This document shows, one piece after another, positions 57,868 through 64,000 of a stretch of 64,000 bases of DNA (its first letter is position 1; every line of letters starts with the position of its first letter). Below the pieces are notes generated by a model. The model saw only the letters and a program-made list of their open reading frames with translations, was not told the origin of the DNA and searched no databases. A program made the translations under genes and the position numbers. The DNA lies in contig JAJZLJ010000023.1 of assembly GCA_021850625.1 (NCBI GenBank), positions 10,219-74,218 of the forward strand, given 5' to 3'. This DNA is from Candidatus Micrarchaeota archaeon. Lineage in GTDB: Archaea > Micrarchaeota > Micrarchaeia > Micrarchaeales > CABMGC01.

Positions 57868-58656
57868 ATGGAAATAAAAATAGATTTTACTAAATCTGCA
57901 CAGGAAAATGCAACTCAATATTATGAAGCATCTAAAAAATCTAAGCTTAAGGCAGACGGTGCACTTAAATCTGTAGTTGAGCTAAAGAAAAAACTTCAGC
58001 ATGTAGAAGAGGAGAAGGAAAAAAGCAAAACTATTCATACTATAGAAAAAAGAGAATGGTATGAAAAATATAACTGGTTTTTTACAAGTACTGGTCTTCT
58101 TGTAATAGGTGGCAGAAGTGCAGATCAAAACGAAGAACTATACTCAAAGCACTTCGAAGAAAACGATCTTTTTTTCCATGGCGATATCTTTGGAGCATCT
58201 GTAGTTATCTTCAAAGGCGGTACAACTTCAACTTTAGACGAACGTTTGGAGGTTGCACAGTTCTCTGCCTCATTTTCAAAGGCATGGGAAATGGCTCAAA
58301 ATACAGTTGATGTATACTCTGTAAGCAAAGAACAAGTTACAAAAACGAGAAACTATGGATCTTTGGGCAAGGGCAGTTTTGTAATATTGGGTGAGCGTGA
58401 ATGGTACCGCGGAGTACAACTATCTTTATGCGCTTTTATAGAAGAAAAAACACTTCAGAACGGCAGTTCAAAGCGATTCAATATAATTCCAACTCTAACC
58501 TGCAATAAAAAACAAATATCTTCATTCATTTCTATAACTATTGGCAATACAAAAAAATCAGACGCAGCAAAAAAGATTTCTTTTTTACTCAAATATGACA
58601 ATATAGATTACATAATGCAACATCTGCCTCCTGGTTCTTTTTCTATAAAGCAATAA
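57868..58656 (+). CDS. Short NFACT-family protein (NFACT-R/DUF814 domain only; RqcH/Tae2-related)
   Basis: KREWYEKYNWFFTSTGLLVIGGRSADQNEELYSKHFEENDLFFHGDIFGASVVIFK. A coiled-coil N-terminus is present but no NFACT-N domain. Confidence 0.7.
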   Translation: MEIKIDFTKSAQENATQYYEASKKSKLKADGALKSVVELKKKLQHVEEEKEKSKTIHTIEKREWYEKYNWFFTSTGLLVIGGRSADQNEELYSKHFEENDLFFHGDIFGASVVIFKGGTTSTLDERLEVAQFSASFSKAWEMAQNTVDVYSVSKEQVTKTRNYGSLGKGSFVILGEREWYRGVQLSLCAFIEEKTLQNGSSKRFNIIPTLTCNKKQISSFISITIGNTKKSDAAKKISFLLKYDNIDYIMQHLPPGSFSIKQ

Positions 58657-58733
58657 ATTGATTAATACTATTCATACATATTTTGTAAAAAGTAAACCTT
58701 AAATATCAAAAAATATTAATAATATTCGATTAA

Positions 58734-59258
58734 ATGGCATCAAATAACTTAACTTTAACTACTAAGTTTGCAGATGAATACAAATTAACTGAAACTCTTA
58801 AACAACTTCAAACAAGAAGCAAGGTAAACAAAACATTAGATTTAATACGACTAGTTACAATGGGTGACAGAACCGCTGTTTCTGCAACTTGCGATTGCAT
58901 TTATTTATTTTCCAAAAGTACTTTATTAGAACTCGTAGTAGATTCATTTAGAAAAACTGCTGAAAATGAAGGTATAGACGGAGCCACAAGAAAAATAGCA
59001 AGTATAGTTCTTCGTTCAGCAGATCGAAAAAATAAATATGAAAGAAGAAACTTTAAAATTGAAGTACACGAATTCATAAAAGCAAGCAAAAACGATCCGG
59101 TAACTTTTACTCAAATGATAAAGTTGTCTTATCCGGTCATTTTTGAGGAAAACAAGGAAAAAATAAAATCAGTTTTTAACAATATAAGTTTAAAAAAATC
59201 ACAAGCAATAAAGGCAAAAGCAGAAGAGTTCAGTTCAATAGTGCGATCTCAAGTTTAA
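58734..59258 (+). CDS. Hypothetical protein (predicted helical)
   Basis: ORF only; no motif recognised. Confidence 0.35.
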   Translation: MASNNLTLTTKFADEYKLTETLKQLQTRSKVNKTLDLIRLVTMGDRTAVSATCDCIYLFSKSTLLELVVDSFRKTAENEGIDGATRKIASIVLRSADRKNKYERRNFKIEVHEFIKASKNDPVTFTQMIKLSYPVIFEENKEKIKSVFNNISLKKSQAIKAKAEEFSSIVRSQV

Positions 59259-59276
59259 AATTATACTCTTGATTTT

Positions 59277-59786
59277 ATGAAAATTAAAAAAAAATCATTA
59301 AAAGAAATAGAAGCTGTTGAAAGTTGCATCTTAAACTTTTCAGATGATATATCAACAATTAATGAATTATTTTCTCATCTAAAAAAAATAAAACGTTCAA
59401 CACAAAGTTCAGAAGCTGTAATCTTGGTTATAGAAGCTATTAACTCTAATACTAATTCAAAAGACGCACTAAAAACTGCAAAAAAATTTGCAGATATGGC
59501 ACAAGACTCGTATCCATTTAACGCTATAGGTGATTTAGTGCTTTTACTTTCAACAGATCCAAAAACTAAAATTATAAATCAAAAAATCTATAAAAAATTA
59601 TCTTATTTAAGAAGAAAAACAACAAATCCACGTTTTGCAATAGATTTACTTCTTAATTCAGAGGATAAAGAATTAAGAATTCTTATAAACGAGGCATCCT
59701 CAAAATTAGATGAATTTTTTTCTAATATTCCAAAATTCAGAACATCTAAAATAATTTATTTTGCCAAAGAACTTATGAAAAAATAG
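59277..59786 (+). CDS. Hypothetical protein (predicted helical)
   Basis: ORF only; same strand and similar size to the preceding ORF. Confidence 0.35.
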   Translation: MKIKKKSLKEIEAVESCILNFSDDISTINELFSHLKKIKRSTQSSEAVILVIEAINSNTNSKDALKTAKKFADMAQDSYPFNAIGDLVLLLSTDPKTKIINQKIYKKLSYLRRKTTNPRFAIDLLLNSEDKELRILINEASSKLDEFFSNIPKFRTSKIIYFAKELMKK

Positions 59787-59826
59787 CAAGTATTTAATAT
59801 ATTCTTATATAATATGTATTGATGCT

Positions 59827-61194
59827 ATGATCAGAACAAAAATTATTGCTACCTACGGCCCTGCAATATCAGACCCTTTACTTCTTATCGAGGTATTAAA
59901 AGTAGCTGATATAATAAGATTTAATTTTTCACACGGTACTCCAGAAGAGAAATTAGAAGCAAAAGAACAAGTGTTGAAAATAGCCAAAAAATTAAACAAA
60001 GATATAACACTTCTTGCAGATCTTCCTGGGCCTAAAATAAGAGTATCAAAACTTGATAGCGATGTATATATAAAAACAGGTCAAGAAGTAATTTTCTCTC
60101 ATTCAAAATCGGCAAAAGTTGGCGAAATACCAATTGAATTGGATATATTTGACGATATGAAGGTTGGATGCGAAATTTCAATAGGGGATGGCAATCCCAA
60201 ATTAGAGATAATAAAATTAAAAGACAGGAAGATAATCTGCAAAGCACTTCAGGACGGAAAAATAGGCAGTAGAAAGGGAATAAATGTAAAAGGTATTGAA
60301 ATGAGCGCAGAACCTCCTACAAAAGACGATATGAAACTTATCGAGTTTGTAAAAGAGAATGGTTTTGATTATGTTGCTCTTTCCTTCGTTAAATCAAACG
60401 AAAATGTCAAAAAAGCAAGAAAAATATCTGGAGATTTATTTATAATCTCTAAAATAGAAAGAAAAGAGGCTATAGAAGACATAAACTCTATAGTGGCAGT
60501 TTCTGATGGAATAATGATAGCACGAGGAGATATGGCATTGAATATTGACTTCAATGAAGTTCCAATAGTTCAAGATAAAATAATAAAAGCTTGCAGATCT
60601 CAAGGAAAGCCGGTTATAGTTGCAACACAAATGTTAGATAGTATGACAAGAAATCAAAGTCCAACAAGGGCAGAGATGACTGATATTTCAAACGCGGTAA
60701 AGGATGGGGTTGATTGTGTAATGTTGAGCGATGAGACTGCCGCGGGCAAATATCCTGTAGATGCAATAAATGCAATGAAGAGTATAATCAGTTATACACA
60801 AGAAATGATGGATAATTTTCCACAACAAATAACCTCAGTAAATAACACCCATGAAGGAATAGCTTTGGCTGCTGCAGGCATAACACAAACCTGCAAAACT
60901 GATAGTATATTTATGCCGGTAAAGACTGGAAATACCATAAAAATAATCTCTGCATTAAGACCTAAGGCAGATATTATTGCAGTATCTAATTTAGATAAAC
61001 TTAGACGCTCTTTTGGTATGTATTACGGTGTCCGAGGGCTAAACATGGATGGTTTTTCATCAGATGAAGGTATGGTAAATGCAATAAAAAACCATGCAGA
61101 AAAAAACAATATCAATAATTATTTAATTGTGTTTGGAGCTGTAGAAAAAACAGGGCTTTCTGATACTATAAAGTGTTTCTGGAAAGAAAAATAA
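59827..61194 (+). CDS. pyk: Pyruvate kinase
   Basis: RTKIIATYGPA, RFNFSHG, ISKIERKEA, MIARGDMAL, MLDSM, MLSDETAAGKYP. Confidence 0.9.
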   Translation: MIRTKIIATYGPAISDPLLLIEVLKVADIIRFNFSHGTPEEKLEAKEQVLKIAKKLNKDITLLADLPGPKIRVSKLDSDVYIKTGQEVIFSHSKSAKVGEIPIELDIFDDMKVGCEISIGDGNPKLEIIKLKDRKIICKALQDGKIGSRKGINVKGIEMSAEPPTKDDMKLIEFVKENGFDYVALSFVKSNENVKKARKISGDLFIISKIERKEAIEDINSIVAVSDGIMIARGDMALNIDFNEVPIVQDKIIKACRSQGKPVIVATQMLDSMTRNQSPTRAEMTDISNAVKDGVDCVMLSDETAAGKYPVDAINAMKSIISYTQEMMDNFPQQITSVNNTHEGIALAAAGITQTCKTDSIFMPVKTGNTIKIISALRPKADIIAVSNLDKLRRSFGMYYGVRGLNMDGFSSDEGMVNAIKNHAEKNNINNYLIVFGAVEKTGLSDTIKCFWKEK

Positions 61195-61215
61195 AAACAT
61201 TTAAAAATTAAAAAA

Positions 61216-62310
61216 TCAGAAAAAATTAAATCTTTTTTTATCCTGCGTTTTGTTCTCGCGCAGCTCTTTAAACTTTTTAATTTCGGCTTCTTCATCACTT
61301 GAAAGAGACTTCGGTATTTCTACATTTATCGTTATTATTTCATCTCCATAATAATTACTCCCAATTCTTCTAATACCTTTATTTTTTAATCGTATATTGC
61401 TTCCAGGCTGTGTGCCTTGTGATATGTTTACTTCTTTAGGACCATCAAGTGTTGGTACATTTACACTTCCTCCTAAAATAGCTATATAAAACGGAATTTC
61501 AATGTGCGCATGTATATCATCTCCTTCGCGCTCGAAGATCTTATCCTTTGCAACCTGTATCTCAAGATACATATCTCCAGAACCTTCTTTGCTATAATCT
61601 CCCATACCATCAAGCTTAAGGCGCATGCCATCCTTAACTCCTTCCGGTATCTTAATGTCTACCTTTTCGTTTGCCACAATGCCTCCTTTTCCACGGCATT
61701 CCTTGCATTTTTTTTCATAGAAACTTCCTGTTCCTCCACAATCATTACATATAGTTACTGTTTGCATAGCACCAAAAAATGTATTTACAGTTCTACGAAC
61801 CCTTCCGGCTCCTCTACAAATGCTACATTTTACTACTTTGGATCCAGGTTCACCGCCTGTTCCATTACAATGTTTGCATCGTGAAACATGTTTTATCTCT
61901 ATAGTTTTATCGGCCCCTTTAGCAGCCTCAATAAAACTTAGTTTTAAGCCATATGCTATGTCTCCTCCACCCTGCTGGCCACCTGCTCCATAGCTAAATC
62001 TTCCATTCCCGAAATCAACATTGAAGCCCATCTCCTTGAAAATATCATTTATGTTAAAGTTTCTAAAGATATCCTCCTCGCTATACTGTCTATTGAACTG
62101 CTCAGGGCCATAGGAATCATACTGCCTTCTTTTATCTTCATTACTAAGTACAGCATAAGCCTCATTTATCTTCTTAAACTTCTCTTCTGCATCCTTTCCA
62201 CTGTTTCTATCTGGGTGATATTTAAGCGCAAGCTCACGATAAGCTTTTTTTATCTCATCTTGAGTCGCTTTTTTATCTACTCCCAATATTTCGTAGAAGT
62301 CATCGCTCAT
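61216..62310 (-). CDS. dnaJ: Chaperone DnaJ
   Basis: J domain [33 protein letters not shown] and CxxCxGxG repeats ([32 protein letters not shown]). Confidence 0.9.
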   Translation of the reverse strand: MSDDFYEILGVDKKATQDEIKKAYRELALKYHPDRNSGKDAEEKFKKINEAYAVLSNEDKRRQYDSYGPEQFNRQYSEEDIFRNFNINDIFKEMGFNVDFGNGRFSYGAGGQQGGGDIAYGLKLSFIEAAKGADKTIEIKHVSRCKHCNGTGGEPGSKVVKCSICRGAGRVRRTVNTFFGAMQTVTICNDCGGTGSFYEKKCKECRGKGGIVANEKVDIKIPEGVKDGMRLKLDGMGDYSKEGSGDMYLEIQVAKDKIFEREGDDIHAHIEIPFYIAILGGSVNVPTLDGPKEVNISQGTQPGSNIRLKNKGIRRIGSNYYGDEIITINVEIPKSLSSDEEAEIKKFKELRENKTQDKKRFNFF

Positions 62311-64000
62311 TTTTCTACCTTATAATCTGCATTTACTGTATCTCCTGAAGTAGGACCTTGTTGATTGTCATCATCTCCTTTGTTTTCTGGATTGGCGCTT
62401 TGTCCAGAATCCTTGTACAAACTTTCTCCAATCTTTTTCAAGACCTCTTCAAGCGCTTCAGATTTACTCTTTATGTTATCTAAATCCTCTTTTTTCAAAG
62501 CATCCTTAAGGGCAGAATTGGCTTTATCTACCTCTTCATATACCTCTTTAGGTATTTTGTCTTTATATTCTTTTAATGTTTTATCTGTATTGTAGGTAAG
62601 CGACTCTGCAGTGTTTTTAGCCTCAACCTTTTCAAAGATTTCTTTATCTTGTTCGGCAAATTGCTCTGCTTCTTTTATCTTCTTTTCTATCTCATCTCTG
62701 CTCATCTTATTCTTTGCCATTACTTGCATTCTCTGTTCCTTTCCAGTTGCTTTATCCTTTGCAGTGACATGTATTATTCCATTTGCATCTATATCGAAGG
62801 TTACCTCTATCTGCGGCATTCCTCTTGGCGCAGGCGCTATTCCAGTAAGTTGAAATCTTCCAAGCTCTACATTATCCTTCGCCATCTTTCGCTCCCCTTG
62901 CAATATATGTATGTCTACTGTAGTTTGATTGTCATCTGCAGTTGTGAAGGTCTGTGACTTCTTTATTGGTATGGTAGTATTTCTTTCTATAAGTGTTGTA
63001 GTAACTCCTCCGTAGGTCTCAAGACCTAACGATAACGGTGTTACATCTAAAAGGACAATATCCTTTACCTCTCCAGTAAGAACTCCTGCCTGTACGGCTG
63101 CTCCAAAAGCAACTGCCTCCATAGGATCAACTCCTCTTTCTATTTTTTTACCAAGAAGTTGTTCTACATATCTTTGCACTATTGGCATTCTAGTAGGACC
63201 TCCTACTAATATAACCTTTTCAATATCTTTAGGGTCTAACTTGGCATCTTTCAAAGCTTGCATAACTGGTTTAGTGGTCTTTTCAACAATCGGAAGAACT
63301 ATCTCCTCAAGCTTTGCCCTTGTCATTGTATATGTGAAATGTATCGGTGCATTTCCAGGACCCATAGTGAGGAAAGGAAGATTTATCTCACTATTAAGTG
63401 TTGTTGATAACTCTATTTTTGCTTTTTCTGCAGCTTCTTTGACTCTTTGCATCGCTTGGCTATCCTTAGTTATATCTACTCCCTTTTTCATAACCTCATC
63501 GGTAAGAAATTTAGTAATTGCATTATCCATATCGGTTCCTCCAAGCTGTGTATCTCCGCTAGTTGATTTTACCTCAAAGACACCCTTTCCAAACTCCATT
63601 ATCGTAACATCTAAGGTTCCTCCACCAAAGTCATAAACCAATATCTTCATGTCTTTTCCAGTTTTATCTACTCCATAAGCTAATGCTGCTGCTGTAGGTT
63701 CATTTACCAGTCTTACAACTTCCAATCCAGCTATCTCGCCAGCATCTTTGGTTGCCTGTCTTTGATTGTCATCGAAGTATGCAGGAACTGTTATAACTGC
63801 CTTTTTGACCTCCTCTCCCAAAAAAGCTTCAGCGTCTGTCTTTATTTTTTGTAATATCATAGCAGAAAGCTCTTGAGGTGTGTACTCCTTTCCAAATACT
63901 TTGTACTTGAAGTTGGTACCCATCTTTCTTTTAAAAGCATTTAATGTGCCATCTGGATTTGCGACAGCCTGCCTTTTTGCTGGTTCACCCATAAGCCGTT
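62307..64000 (-). CDS. dnaK: Chaperone DnaK (Hsp70), N-terminus beyond the window edge
   Basis: [50 protein letters not shown]. The frame is still open at 64000, and 4-bp ATGA overlap with dnaJ. Confidence 0.95.
   Translation of the reverse strand, partial: RLMGEPAKRQAVANPDGTLNAFKRKMGTNFKYKVFGKEYTPQELSAMILQKIKTDAEAFLGEEVKKAVITVPAYFDDNQRQATKDAGEIAGLEVVRLVNEPTAAALAYGVDKTGKDMKILVYDFGGGTLDVTIMEFGKGVFEVKSTSGDTQLGGTDMDNAITKFLTDEVMKKGVDITKDSQAMQRVKEAAEKAKIELSTTLNSEINLPFLTMGPGNAPIHFTYTMTRAKLEEIVLPIVEKTTKPVMQALKDAKLDPKDIEKVILVGGPTRMPIVQRYVEQLLGKKIERGVDPMEAVAFGAAVQAGVLTGEVKDIVLLDVTPLSLGLETYGGVTTTLIERNTTIPIKKSQTFTTADDNQTTVDIHILQGERKMAKDNVELGRFQLTGIAPAPRGMPQIEVTFDIDANGIIHVTAKDKATGKEQRMQVMAKNKMSRDEIEKKIKEAEQFAEQDKEIFEKVEAKNTAESLTYNTDKTLKEYKDKIPKEVYEEVDKANSALKDALKKEDLDNIKSKSEALEEVLKKIGESLYKDSGQSANPENKGDDDNQQGPTSGDTVNADYKVEK

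Overview
AT-rich archaeal chromosomal segment, densely packed and mostly housekeeping. Archaeal assignment rests on the PolD DP1/DP2 operon, Orc1/Cdc6, thermosome, the proteasome-alpha/SBDS/Rrp4-41-42/L37Ae/RpoP exosome superoperon, an archaeal histone, AglB, SecY/SecE, the adkA-DUF106-L34e-cmk-L14e block, and intron-containing tRNAs. Small genes, many GTG/TTG starts, heavily N-glycosylation-sequon-rich surface proteins and non-canonical tRNA introns suggest a small-genome (DPANN/ARMAN-like) archaeon; that placement is inference only. I saw no rRNA, CRISPR array, transposase or integrase. The left edge (1-6.6 kb) is the only clearly accessory region. It holds a Zn-ribbon/Mrr-like nuclease gene, a fused type IIG restriction-modification gene, a 60-nt tRNA-Glu 3' fragment lacking its 5' half, and two further methyltransferases. 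Most interesting observations: (1) a 111-aa single-repeat half TATA-binding protein with its own promoter. (2) Two conserved genes (Mrp/MinD ATPase, dienelactone hydrolase) whose essential N-termini lie upstream of any ATG/GTG/TTG but follow a GGTG-N5-ATA / GTG-N5-ATA arrangement, suggesting AUA initiation. (3) A tRNA-Arg with a 23-nt intron in the T-loop. (4) The orphan tRNA-Glu 3' fragment next to the R-M genes. (5) A surface/adhesion cluster with a giant class-III-signal (pilin-like) protein carrying near-perfect 96-bp poly-Ser repeats. (6) AglB with an extra 3-TM plus coiled-coil N-terminal module. All family calls are by-eye motif recognition; no searches were run.
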